A stretch of 35,639 nt of DNA from Limisphaerales bacterium (GTDB taxonomy: Bacteria > Verrucomicrobiota > Verrucomicrobiia > Limisphaerales > SIBE01). This document shows positions 1 through 9,637 of this stretch, in pieces. The position numbers and the translations under genes were made by a program. The notes below the pieces were generated by a model. The model searched no databases. It was not told where the DNA came from and saw only the letters and a program-made list of their open reading frames with translations. The stretch is taken from the NCBI GenBank assembly GCA_044225505.1, contig JBGAIN010000081.1:1-35639 (forward strand), read 5' to 3'. Every line of letters starts with the position of its first letter. Positions within the stretch are counted from its first letter, which is position 1.

Positions 1-229
1 CGTTGCGCTCAAAATGGGTCCTGGCGAGGCGCGACGACGGAGGATAGCCGCCGCGCTCTCTGACCGAGGAGCAACGAAGCCAGGACCCATTTTCAGCGCA
101 ACCCTCTGGGCGGCGGTTCTTTCGCGCGCCCACCGCGTTCCTCGCTCGTTACAGACCGCAACGGGTATGCGCCTCGCTCGCGCCTTGCGGGCGCGCAAAA
201 ACCCTCGCCGCGAAAGTGCAAGGACTTAG
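1..229. repeat. Structured palindromic repeat element (REP/MITE-like) with two consecutive long hairpins, probably truncated by the window start
   Basis: 2-25 GTTGCGCTCAAAATGGGTCCTGGC is the reverse complement of 79-102 at 23/24 positions. A second, imperfect inverted repeat pairs 110-131 with 189-211. The block ends in ACTTAG (224-229). Confidence 0.6.
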
Positions 230-335
230 CGGTCACCACAGTAGTGGAACAAACCTCCGGTCCTACGGTCTAATGCAGAAGTGTGTCAAATTGCCTCGCG
301 TAGGACGGCAAGATAAGGCAACGTAAGATCATCGC

Positions 336-2276
336 ATGAACGAGATCCAAACCATTGAGGGCGTTCTGCTCCAAACAGCGCGACGACGCCGCTGGCAGAG
401 AGGCTGGAAGGGACTCTGGCAGGGAGTTTTGGTGGGGAGCGGCATTTGGTTGGTGGGATTAGGACTGTTCAAAGTGGTGCCACTTCCATTCGCGGCGCTC
501 GGGGGTGTTGCGGCGGCCGCTCTCGGAGCTGCCGGGCTCGGCTTTATCCTCGGTTGGCGTCGGCGGCCATCTCTCCTAGAGACCGCGCGATGGCTGGATG
601 ACCGGCGGAAACTGCAGGAACGGTTGAGCACCGCGCTGGAGGTTTCCCACGGCTCGGAAGGCGGGAGTTGGAAAGCACTGTTGGTGCAAGACGCTGCCCG
701 TTGCGCTAAAGACTTAAATCCCAGGGCTTTGTTACCGTATACCCTCCCTTCGGCTGCACGATGGGCGCTGCTCAGTCTGGCGGTGGCCGCGGGGTTAGGA
801 TTCATTCCAGAATATCGCAGCCCGCGCTACGTGGAGAAGGTTCGCGAAACCCAGGTGATCAAGGAAACGGGAAAAACACTGGCGGAACTGACGCGACGCA
901 GCCTGGAGCGACGTCCGCCCGCACTGGAGCCCACCACGAAAGCGCTCGAGACAGTGGCGGAGCTGGGAGAGCACCTGGCGAAAGCCCAATTGACACGATC
1001 CGACGCGCTCCGCGACCTCGCCAGTGTCACCGAGAAGCTCAAGGACCAAGCCAAGGAATTGATGCAGAATCCGGCGTTCCGGGCGATGGAGAAGGCCGCG
1101 AGGAATCCTAACACGGGCGGCGTGCAAGGATCGGCCGATTTGCAGAAGCAGATCGAGTCCCTGCAGAAGTCTTTGGAAAAGCAGGCCTCGGGCGCGGATC
1201 CCAAGGCTCTGGATAAGTTCAGCGAGGAACTGCAGAAAGCAAAGGAAGCGGCCTCGGGACTGCCGGACAGCAACTCGGCGGCGGGCGATGCCGCGCGGGA
1301 GCAGCTGGAGAAGACGCTTTCGAACCTGGCGAAACAGGCGAAAGACCTGGGGCTTTCATTACCCAGCTTGGACGAAGCGATTGCCGCTTTGGCGGCAAGC
1401 CAGACCGATCAGATGCTGAAGGACCTGGCAGTGACGGAAACGGAGTTGGAAAAGCTGCAGGCGATGGCCAAAGCCCTGGCTCAACTGCAGGTCCAAGCGG
1501 AAAAACTCGGCAAAGACCTCGCGGAACAGTTGCAGAACGGGCAAGCGGACATGGCGCAAACGACGCTTGAAAAAATGGTGCAACAACTCCAAGGGCAGTC
1601 GCCGACGCAGGAACAGATCAAGAAGATGATCGACGAAGTGTCGCGCGCCGTCGATCCGGCAGGTCAATATGGCAAGGTCGCCGATTTCCTGAAACGCGGT
1701 GCCCAGCAGATGCAGCGTGGGGAGAAAGGTGACGCGGCGCAGTCCCTGGCGGAAGCGGCGAAAGAGCTGGAGAATCTCGTCCAGCAGTTGGGAGATGGGG
1801 ATGCGATCATGGCCTCCTTGCAGGCCCTGCAGAAAGCGCAAATGTGCGTTGGGAATGGTCAGTCCTGGAGTCAGACTCCAAGTCCGCCGCGGGCGGGCGA
1901 CGGCAATGGGGTAGGCCGCGGAGTGGGGACTTGGGCGGATGACAGTCGTTTCCTCGACTTGAACGAGATCAAAGACCGCTGGGACAATTCCGGCGTGGTG
2001 CGCCCGGATATGGCAGCGCGAGGTCTGACAGACCGTGGGGACGCGCAATTGGCAGACAGCCTTTTGCCGACCAAAGTCAAAGGACAGATGAATCCGGGCG
2101 GTCCCATGCCGAGCATCACATTAAAGGGCGTTAGCATCAAAGGGCAGAGCAAAGTGGATTACACCGAGATGACCACTGCAGCCCAGACGGAGGCCCAAGC
2201 GGCCCTCAGCCAGGAACAAGTGCCCCGGGCCTATCAAGGCTCGGTCCGAGACTACTTTGACGATTTGAAGAAGTAG
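336..2276 (+). CDS. Membrane-anchored long coiled-coil protein of MoxR/vWA operons
   Basis: 646-aa ORF with N-terminal TM helices, an LQERLSTALE motif, a long A/Q/E/K/L-rich helical region, a Gly-rich linker and C-terminal VPRAYQGSVRDYF. Lies directly upstream of MoxR. Confidence 0.75.
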   Translation: MNEIQTIEGVLLQTARRRRWQRGWKGLWQGVLVGSGIWLVGLGLFKVVPLPFAALGGVAAAALGAAGLGFILGWRRRPSLLETARWLDDRRKLQERLSTALEVSHGSEGGSWKALLVQDAARCAKDLNPRALLPYTLPSAARWALLSLAVAAGLGFIPEYRSPRYVEKVRETQVIKETGKTLAELTRRSLERRPPALEPTTKALETVAELGEHLAKAQLTRSDALRDLASVTEKLKDQAKELMQNPAFRAMEKAARNPNTGGVQGSADLQKQIESLQKSLEKQASGADPKALDKFSEELQKAKEAASGLPDSNSAAGDAAREQLEKTLSNLAKQAKDLGLSLPSLDEAIAALAASQTDQMLKDLAVTETELEKLQAMAKALAQLQVQAEKLGKDLAEQLQNGQADMAQTTLEKMVQQLQGQSPTQEQIKKMIDEVSRAVDPAGQYGKVADFLKRGAQQMQRGEKGDAAQSLAEAAKELENLVQQLGDGDAIMASLQALQKAQMCVGNGQSWSQTPSPPRAGDGNGVGRGVGTWADDSRFLDLNEIKDRWDNSGVVRPDMAARGLTDRGDAQLADSLLPTKVKGQMNPGGPMPSITLKGVSIKGQSKVDYTEMTTAAQTEAQAALSQEQVPRAYQGSVRDYFDDLKK

Positions 2277-2300
2277 CCTGACAACCCAAGAAACAAACTG

Positions 2301-3302
2301 ATGAGCGCCGAAGCCAAAATCGAATCCTTCCGTACGACCTGGAACGCGTTACAGGCTGAAATCGGAAAGGTGATGGTCGGACACACGGATATTGTCGAGT
2401 CGACGTTGATCGCCATTGTGGCTGGTGGGCACGTCCTCTTGGAAGGGGTTCCTGGCCTGGGAAAGACCTTGCTGGTCCGCACGCTGGGGGATGTGCTCGA
2501 CCTGTCCTTCAGCCGGGTCCAATTCACCCCGGATTTGATGCCCGCTGATATTCTCGGGACAAACCTGGTCGTGGAAAATCCGGAAGGCCGTCGTGAATTC
2601 CAATTCCAGCGCGGTCCGATCTTTGCCCATCTGATTCTGGCGGATGAAATCAACCGAGCCACACCTAAGACGCAGTCGGCGCTGTTGGAGGCGATGCAAG
2701 AGAAGCAAGTCACCGCTGCGGGGGAGGTGCGCAAGCTGCCCGAACCGTTTTTCGTGCTCGCGACGCAGAATCCAATCGACCAGGAAGGCACCTACCCCTT
2801 ACCTGAAGCGCAGCTCGATCGATTCTTCTTTAAACTGGTGGTTGGCTATCCGAGTGCTGTTGATTTGACGGAAGTCCTCAACCGCACCACCGAAGGAACA
2901 AGGGCGAGCCCTGGCAAAGTGCTGGATGGCGCAGGGCTGCGCGAGTTGCAGAAGATGGTCCGAGAGGTCCCGGTCGCGACCCATGTCAAAGACTATGCGG
3001 TCCGGTTGGTGATGGCGACCCATCCGAAGACTGACCGAGCCTCGGCGATCTCCAACCAATACTTGCGGTTTGGCAGCAGTCCGCGCGGTGCGCAAACCTT
3101 GCTGCTCGCAGCCAAGGTGCGCGCGCTGACCCAAGGCCGGTTCAACGTCAGCTTTGATGATGTGCACGCGGTGACCATGCCGGCGTTGCGCCATCGCCTG
3201 ATCTTGAATTTTGAAGCGGATGCCGAAGGGATTACCAGTGACCATATTATTGCTCAAATCCTGGAACAGGTTCCCCGCAATCCGGAAACGGTATCGGCGT
3301 AA
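2301..3302 (+). CDS. MoxR-family AAA+ ATPase
   Basis: Walker A GVPGLGKT, RVQFTPDLMPADI, Walker B LADEINRATPKTQSALLEAM, ATQNPIDQEGTYPLPEAQLDRF, GSSPR. Confidence 0.97.
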   Translation: MSAEAKIESFRTTWNALQAEIGKVMVGHTDIVESTLIAIVAGGHVLLEGVPGLGKTLLVRTLGDVLDLSFSRVQFTPDLMPADILGTNLVVENPEGRREFQFQRGPIFAHLILADEINRATPKTQSALLEAMQEKQVTAAGEVRKLPEPFFVLATQNPIDQEGTYPLPEAQLDRFFFKLVVGYPSAVDLTEVLNRTTEGTRASPGKVLDGAGLRELQKMVREVPVATHVKDYAVRLVMATHPKTDRASAISNQYLRFGSSPRGAQTLLLAAKVRALTQGRFNVSFDDVHAVTMPALRHRLILNFEADAEGITSDHIIAQILEQVPRNPETVSA

Positions 3303-3354
3303 ACGCGCAACCGCTGCGAGAGAGACGATGCCCTCCCGAGACGAACTCTGAGCC

Positions 3355-4245
3355 GTGGCGCTGCTCAATCCTCAACTCCTCAGGCGCCTGGAGCAATTCC
3401 AGCTCTTGGCCGCGCGGCGGGCCAAAAGTGCTGCCAAAGGAGAACGACGCAGCCGCGCGCGCGGTCAGTCGGTCGAGTTCGCTGACTATCGCACTTACGT
3501 TCCTGGGGACGATTTTCGCTATCTGGACTGGAACTTATACGGACGGCTCGATCGTTTGTTCCTGAAGCTTTACGAGGAGGAACGTGAGTTGCCCGTGACG
3601 ATCTTTCTCGATGCCAGCGAGTCCATGGCGTTTGGGACACCGCGAAAGTTCGACTTCGCCCGGCAAGTGGCCGCGGCCGTTGGGTATGTTGCGTTGTGCG
3701 GGTTCGACCGGGTCTCGGTTGTCGCGTTTCCCGATTCGCCCGAAGAGAGGGTAGCGCGCGGCGGGCTGAGGTCGATTCGCGGGAAACGGTGCGCGCTCGA
3801 TTTCTTCCGCAACCTGGGTGCCTTGAGTGCGCAGGGTGCGGCGGAACTGAACGAAGCGTTGCAACGGGGGGCGTATCAGACTCGACAGCCTGGCGTGGCG
3901 ATTGTCTTAAGTGATTTTCTTGATCCCGCCGGTTACGACGCGGGACTGACGGCGCTGACGGCTCGCGGATTCCAAGTCACGGCCGTGCAGATCCTGGCGC
4001 CGGAGGAGATTAACCCGACGACCTTTGGAGATCTCCGTCTGATCGACGCGGAGACCGGCGCCAAGGAGGAAGTGACCTTTGGACGCTACCGTCTAGCGGC
4101 ATACCAGCGAACGGTGCAGAACTTTTGCCAGCGACTGCGGGAGTCATGCCAGAAGAGGGGGGCGCATTATTTCATGGCGGCTTCGGATACGCCGATTGAG
4201 CAGTTGCTCCTGAAACAATTGCGTGAGGCGGAGGTGTGGGGATGA
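3355..4245 (+). CDS. DUF58 domain protein (vWA-like MoxR partner)
   Basis: GQSVEFADYRTYVPGDDFRYLDWN, DASESM (DxSxS), VLSDF. GTG start, follows MoxR. Confidence 0.93.
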   Translation: MALLNPQLLRRLEQFQLLAARRAKSAAKGERRSRARGQSVEFADYRTYVPGDDFRYLDWNLYGRLDRLFLKLYEEERELPVTIFLDASESMAFGTPRKFDFARQVAAAVGYVALCGFDRVSVVAFPDSPEERVARGGLRSIRGKRCALDFFRNLGALSAQGAAELNEALQRGAYQTRQPGVAIVLSDFLDPAGYDAGLTALTARGFQVTAVQILAPEEINPTTFGDLRLIDAETGAKEEVTFGRYRLAAYQRTVQNFCQRLRESCQKRGAHYFMAASDTPIEQLLLKQLREAEVWG

Positions 4246-6080
4246 GCTTCCTGGCCCCGGCAGCATTTGTCTTTGCCGCGACGTTGCCTGTCGTGATCCT
4301 GTTTTATCTGTTGAAGCGGAAGCGAGTGGTGAAGCTCGTGTCGAGCACGTTGCTCTGGCAACGGTTTCTCGCCGAGACCCAGGCTAGCGCGCCGTTCCAA
4401 CGGTTGCGGCACAACTGGCTTTTGGTGCTCCAGTTGCTGATCCTAATCCTCGGCGTGCTTGCATTAGCACGACCGTACTTGGCCGGCAATCTGTTAGGAG
4501 GCCGACTGTTGGTGGTTGTCTTGGATGCGTCCGCGTCCATGCAGAGCAGCGATGTGAACCCGTCGCGGTTTGATCAAGCGCGGAATGATGCCTTGAAGAT
4601 GGTCGACTCCATGCATGATACCGATCAAATGGTCATCTTACAGGCGGCTGCGAATACCGAAGTGAAACAGTCGCCAACGAGTGAGAAAGCCGCGCTGCGA
4701 CGAGCGATCCAGACTTGCCGCGCCACGGATACTCCCACTCGCTTGCAGGAGGCACTAAAACTTGCTGAAACGCTGATCCAGAATCAGCTGCGGGCGGAAG
4801 TTCACCTTTTCAGTGACGGGGCGGTCGGAAGCCTGGATGAATTCGAAAACAGCGGCCTCCCTTTGAATTACCACCGTATGGGCGTTCGCGGCGACAACGT
4901 CGGAATCGTGACCCTTGATGTCCGGCCGAACCCGGAAAATCCGGCGGAACGGGCCATCTTTACGAGCGTTGTCAATTATTCGACGAACGTGCAGGAAACG
5001 GCGCTTGAGCTGCGCCTCGATACCAAATTGGTGGAAGCCAAATCACTGACGCTCCGCCCCAAAGAGACGGTGCCGCAAGTTTTCATCGCGAACCAGCCCC
5101 GGGACGTGAGCCTCTTTGAAGTCCGCCTGACCTTGAAAGACGACCTCGCGGCAGACAATCAAGCCTCGATCGTGAGCGTGTTGCCGACGCCGGTGAAAGT
5201 GTTGCTGGTGAGCGTTGGAAACCGTTTTTTGGAGAAAGCGCTTCGGGCGGCGGCGAATGTGCAACTGACCGTCGCGACGGTGCTGAACGATGCCGCGCCC
5301 TCGTTTGATCTCGTCGTTCTCGACAATGTGGTGCCAGCGGTTTGGCCCGTTGGGAATGTCCTGGCCTTCCATGTCGCCAGTCCAAATTGGCTCACGGACG
5401 TCACGAAACTAGAAGCTCCTCCGATCGTGGCGTTGCGAAACAATCATCCGCTCCTGCGGTTCGTCAGCTTGGATAACGTTCAGATTAGCGAGAGTCTCGC
5501 GACGCACCCGCCCAGCTGGTCCACCGGTTTGGTCGACGCCCCACAAGAAGCCTTGATGGTTGCTGGGGAGCTGGGCCGCCAGCGGATCGTCTGGGTGGGC
5601 TTTGACGTTCTCCAGAGCACCTGGCCTTTGCGGGTCTCATTTCCGATTTTTGTAGCGAATGCGGTCGAATGGCTTAACCCCGCAGCGGTGAATGCGAGCC
5701 AACTGACCGTGCAAGCAGGCAAGCCCCTGCGCTGGAACCTGGGGCAGGCAAAAGAGAAAGCCGAGGTGATCAGCCCGGATGGCGCCAGTCGACCTTGGAG
5801 CGTGAACCCCACCACGGGGGAGCTGGTTTACGGCGATACCCTGCACCAAGGACTCTATCGGGTGAAATCAGGGACGAACGAGACGGTGTTCTGCGCGAAC
5901 CTGCTCGATGCCAGCGAAAGCAACACCGCGCCCTTGGACGAGTTGAAGTTCGGTAAGTATGCCAAGGCGACCGCCGCGCCGGTGCGCCGCGCGAGTTTAG
6001 AGATTTGGCGCTGGCTCGGTGCCATGGGGCTAGCGATCTTGATGCTGGAATGGTGGTACTATCATCGCCGGACGGTGTGA
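4242..6080 (+). CDS. BatA-type N-terminal domain plus vWA membrane protein
   Basis: ATG at 4242 overlaps the DUF58 stop (ATGA). N-terminus MSFLAP...LPVVILFYLLKRKR...VSSTLLW and LALARP; MIDAS VLDASASM; C-terminal TM helix ending LEWWYYHRR. Confidence 0.9.
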   Translation: MSFLAPAAFVFAATLPVVILFYLLKRKRVVKLVSSTLLWQRFLAETQASAPFQRLRHNWLLVLQLLILILGVLALARPYLAGNLLGGRLLVVVLDASASMQSSDVNPSRFDQARNDALKMVDSMHDTDQMVILQAAANTEVKQSPTSEKAALRRAIQTCRATDTPTRLQEALKLAETLIQNQLRAEVHLFSDGAVGSLDEFENSGLPLNYHRMGVRGDNVGIVTLDVRPNPENPAERAIFTSVVNYSTNVQETALELRLDTKLVEAKSLTLRPKETVPQVFIANQPRDVSLFEVRLTLKDDLAADNQASIVSVLPTPVKVLLVSVGNRFLEKALRAAANVQLTVATVLNDAAPSFDLVVLDNVVPAVWPVGNVLAFHVASPNWLTDVTKLEAPPIVALRNNHPLLRFVSLDNVQISESLATHPPSWSTGLVDAPQEALMVAGELGRQRIVWVGFDVLQSTWPLRVSFPIFVANAVEWLNPAAVNASQLTVQAGKPLRWNLGQAKEKAEVISPDGASRPWSVNPTTGELVYGDTLHQGLYRVKSGTNETVFCANLLDASESNTAPLDELKFGKYAKATAAPVRRASLEIWRWLGAMGLAILMLEWWYYHRRTV

Positions 6081-6174
6081 ACGTCGACGCGGGTCAGTCG
6101 ATCAGGGATTAGAATTTTGAAGAGGGCGACGGAGGGATCGCCTCATTTTGAAACGCTGTTGCAGAAATTCGAAA

Positions 6175-7176
6175 ATGTCAGGAGATAATCAACGTCCGTT
6201 CGGTCGGTTGCCTCGAGTGGGTCGCTCGATCGGCTGGCTGTGGAGTGCATCTCTGGGCGGCACCGTGCTCTTGCTGTTGGCGGGCCGTGCTCTGAACGTC
6301 GAAGCGCAGGGTCCCCAAGCGCGTGGCAAGGTGGTCGTCTACGCTTCGCAAGATCAGGTCTACGCCGAGCCGATTCTCAAAGAATTTGAGCGTCAAACGG
6401 GCATTCGAGTGCAAGCGCTCTACGATAGTGAAGCGGTCAAGACGGTCGGTATGGCCAACCGAATTCTTGCGGAACGGCGCCATCCGCAGTGCGACTTGTT
6501 CTGGAATAACGAAGAGCTGCGGACGCGTCAGTTGGCTGCGCAGGGAGTTTTCCAAGCAAAAGACGGATGGAAAGCGTTTGGGTATCGGAGCAGGCGTATC
6601 GTCATCAATACAAATTTACTCTCCTTGGCTGCCGCCCCGCGCCATCTATCAGCTTTGACCAACCGTCTTTGGGAGAGGCGAGTGGCGCTGGCTTACCCGC
6701 TTTTCGGAACGACCGCGACGCACTTCCTGGCTCTGCGGCAAGCTTGGGGTAAAGACGTTTGGGAAGCGTGGTGCCGGGCCTTAAACGCCAACAGACCGTA
6801 TCTCGTGGACGGAAATTCGGTGGTGGCCAAGTTCGTGGCGCGCGGCGAGGCCTGGATTGGCCTGACGGATTCCGACGACATCGCCGCGGAGCAGCGCGCG
6901 GGGGCTCCGCTGGTCGCGTTACCGATCGGCGAGGAAACCCTGCTCATTCCAAACACGGTCGCGGTGATCGAGGGGGCGCCGCATCGGGCGGCGGCCGAGC
7001 AATTAGCAGCCTTTTTACAGCAAAGCTCGACGCGAGAGAAACTGATGGAAGCGCACGCTCTGGAAGGCTCCACAACGACAGCGATGGACCAAGTTGCGTT
7101 GCGGCCTCAATGGGACGCGATGCTGGACCAGTTGCAGCCTGCGACCGAGACCATGCAGCGAATCTTTCTCCGCTAA
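6175..7176 (+). CDS. ABC transporter substrate-binding protein, Fe3+/FbpA-AfuA-like
   Basis: Hydrophobic N-terminal segment, VVVYASQD, FERQTGIRV, RILAERRHPQCDLFW, VARGEAWIGL, IPNTVAVIEGAPH. Start codon uncertain (ATG 6175 chosen; ORF open from 6148). Confidence 0.85.
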   Translation: MSGDNQRPFGRLPRVGRSIGWLWSASLGGTVLLLLAGRALNVEAQGPQARGKVVVYASQDQVYAEPILKEFERQTGIRVQALYDSEAVKTVGMANRILAERRHPQCDLFWNNEELRTRQLAAQGVFQAKDGWKAFGYRSRRIVINTNLLSLAAAPRHLSALTNRLWERRVALAYPLFGTTATHFLALRQAWGKDVWEAWCRALNANRPYLVDGNSVVAKFVARGEAWIGLTDSDDIAAEQRAGAPLVALPIGEETLLIPNTVAVIEGAPHRAAAEQLAAFLQQSSTREKLMEAHALEGSTTTAMDQVALRPQWDAMLDQLQPATETMQRIFLR

Positions 7177-7189
7177 CGGTTGGGCCATT

Positions 7190-9637
7190 GTGAATTGGTC
7201 ATTATTCCAGAACAGCATGTGGGTCGCGGGCGGGACGGCGATCGTGGCTTCCTTGTTGGGAGGTGCGATGGCGATCTGGTTTACGGGAGTGCCGCGGGCG
7301 ACATCGCGGTGGATCGTCGGAATGGCGGTGCTCGTCCTGGCGTTGCCGCCATTCCTGGTAACGAACGCTTGGTTAGAGCTGGTAGGGCAGGGAGGAGCTT
7401 GGAGATCCTGGCTTCCGTTTGATCTTTACTCGTTGAGTGGAACCGTCTGGGTTTTAACCCTCCTCTATTGGCCTGTCCCTTTTCTGTTCGTTCTGGGCGT
7501 TTGGCCACGCCTGCAACCCAGCCAGGTGGAAGCCGATCCGGAGTTGCGCGGCGGGAATCTGATTCGATGGCTCCTGATCCCAGCGGCTCGCCCCGCTTTG
7601 CTTCAAGCCGCGGGAGTCACCTTCATCCTCGCCTGGAACAATTTTTCGGTTCCAGCGATTCTGCAAACAAAAGTCTTTCCGGCCGAGCTATGGGTGAGTT
7701 TCAACACCACGTTTGACTACGCGAAAGCCGTCCGGCTCAGTTGGCCGCTCGTTCTTTTCACTGGTATCGGCCTCGGTTGGCTCAGGGGGATGCGTCTCAC
7801 GTGGCCTCGAACCGAGCCGAAGGTGGCTCCGGCGTTACTCAGGGCTCGGCTTGGCCCAGGTTGGTGGGGCGGTCTGGCGGCCCTGACAGGGGCGGTGCTC
7901 GGGCTTTCTTTTCTCGTCCCCATCAGTGAGCTTGTCGCCGCGAAGCGAACTTGGGCCGAGCTGCCGGACGCCTTTAAGGCCGGGCAATTGGCGATGTGGA
8001 ATTCATTGCGCTTTGCCTTAACCACCACGGTCCTGGCGTTGGGCGCCAGCCTCCTCGCGCTCCGATTCCGCGGGGCCGTGGTTTTGTGGATTCCCTTTCT
8101 CTTACCGGGCGTGCTGGTGGGAATTGGGCTAATCTATCTGCTGAACCGCGAACCGTGGATCGCTCTTTACCAGAGCTCAACCATTGTGCTCGTGGCGTTA
8201 AGCTTGCGCTACGGCGTTCTCAGCTGGAGCGGACTGCGCGAGGCCCGTCGCGCTTGCGATCCACACTGGGAAGACTTTGTGCGCTTGCAGACAGGATCAC
8301 GATGGCAACGATTTCGGATTGGAGCGTGGCCACAACTCGCGCCTGCTTTGGGTGGATTGGGTCTGATGACCTATCTGCTTTGCCTGTGGGACGTGGAGAC
8401 GGTCCTCCTGATTGTCCCTCCAGGATGTGAGACCTTGGCTCTCCGGATTTTTAACTTGCTCCATTACGGACATAACAGCCAGGTGAACGCTCTTTGCATT
8501 CTGCTATTGGCGCTGGCCGCTTTGCCGGCGGCGCTATGGGCCTTGGCCTTGAGTGGGCGACGCGCGGCGCTGGGCGGGATACGACGGACCGCTGCGGTGT
8601 TCCTTATCGTGCTGAGCCTTGGCGCAGCGGGTTGCCAGCCCGGATCGCCAGATCAGACCGCGATCCAAAGCAAGTTCTTCAGTCGAGTCGAGGTCGTGGG
8701 ATCGCGCGGGACTGCTCTGGGCCAGTTCAATAAGCCACGGTCGCTGGCGCTCGACCTGAAAGACCAGCTTTACGTTGTGGATATGACCGGACGTGTGCAG
8801 AGGTTCGGGACGAATGGCGTGTTTCTCGGGGCTTGGCAAATGCCGGAAACCGATAAGGGCAAGCCGAAAGGGATGTGCCGCGATGCCAAGGGTAATATCG
8901 TGGTCGTCGAGCCGCACTACACTCGGGTCAACCATTTCTCGCCGGAAGGTAAATTGCTCGCCCAATGGGGACATTCCGGAACCAATGCGGGGCAGCTCTG
9001 TTTGCCGCGAGCGGTTGCCGTCGATTCGCGCGGTGAGATCTTCGTTTGCGAATACACCTTGGTGGACCGAGTGCAACGATTCTCGAGTGACGGCGCGGAA
9101 GCTCAAATCGTGTTTGGACGCTCCGGGCGAGAGCCAGGAGAATTGAATCGGCCCGAAGGTTTGGCCATTGGTCCCGGGGACGAAGTCTTTGTTGCCGATT
9201 CGTGTAATCACAGAATCCAGGTGTTCTCACGCGAAGGAAAGTTTTTGCGGAGTTACGGCCACGCTGGCAATGGGGCAGGGGAATTAAGCTATCCGTACGA
9301 TGTGCAGGTCGACGAAGCGGGATTTCAATTCGTGGCCGAGTTTGGTAATAGTCGGGTTCAAGTGTTCGATCCCCGCGGGGTGTCGGTGGAAATAATCGGC
9401 GGCATTGGGGCCGCCCCGGGAAGATTCAGCAATCCCTGGAGTTTGGCTTTGGATTCGGCCGGAAATCTCTACGTGGCAGACTCTCAAAACCATCGGGTGC
9501 AAAAGTTTGTGCGCAAGCCTGGCTATCATCATTCGGAGAAAGCCGCTGCCCGTCTCGACGATAACGAATTTGCCGGGATAGACTCGAGGGTTCGAATTGC
9601 GGACGGTGATTCCCAGCGGAGGGTGGCAAGTCCATGA
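7190..9637 (+). CDS. Fusion of a double-domain ABC permease (FbpB-like) with a C-terminal NHL-repeat beta-propeller
   Basis: Probable GTG start at 7190 (MNWSLFQNS). Two permease halves (LALPPFL, FLLPGVLVGIG, ETLALRIF), then NHL repeats GQFNKPRSLALD, GQLCLPRAVAVD, GELNRPEGLAIG, GELSYPYDVQVD, GRFSNPWSLALD in one uninterrupted frame. Confidence 0.88.
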   Translation: MNWSLFQNSMWVAGGTAIVASLLGGAMAIWFTGVPRATSRWIVGMAVLVLALPPFLVTNAWLELVGQGGAWRSWLPFDLYSLSGTVWVLTLLYWPVPFLFVLGVWPRLQPSQVEADPELRGGNLIRWLLIPAARPALLQAAGVTFILAWNNFSVPAILQTKVFPAELWVSFNTTFDYAKAVRLSWPLVLFTGIGLGWLRGMRLTWPRTEPKVAPALLRARLGPGWWGGLAALTGAVLGLSFLVPISELVAAKRTWAELPDAFKAGQLAMWNSLRFALTTTVLALGASLLALRFRGAVVLWIPFLLPGVLVGIGLIYLLNREPWIALYQSSTIVLVALSLRYGVLSWSGLREARRACDPHWEDFVRLQTGSRWQRFRIGAWPQLAPALGGLGLMTYLLCLWDVETVLLIVPPGCETLALRIFNLLHYGHNSQVNALCILLLALAALPAALWALALSGRRAALGGIRRTAAVFLIVLSLGAAGCQPGSPDQTAIQSKFFSRVEVVGSRGTALGQFNKPRSLALDLKDQLYVVDMTGRVQRFGTNGVFLGAWQMPETDKGKPKGMCRDAKGNIVVVEPHYTRVNHFSPEGKLLAQWGHSGTNAGQLCLPRAVAVDSRGEIFVCEYTLVDRVQRFSSDGAEAQIVFGRSGREPGELNRPEGLAIGPGDEVFVADSCNHRIQVFSREGKFLRSYGHAGNGAGELSYPYDVQVDEAGFQFVAEFGNSRVQVFDPRGVSVEIIGGIGAAPGRFSNPWSLALDSAGNLYVADSQNHRVQKFVRKPGYHHSEKAAARLDDNEFAGIDSRVRIADGDSQRRVASP

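Noticed and set aside
14..229. 71-aa ORF
   Set aside because: Lies entirely within the palindromic repeat element; Arg/Ala-rich composition typical of a spurious GC-rich frame
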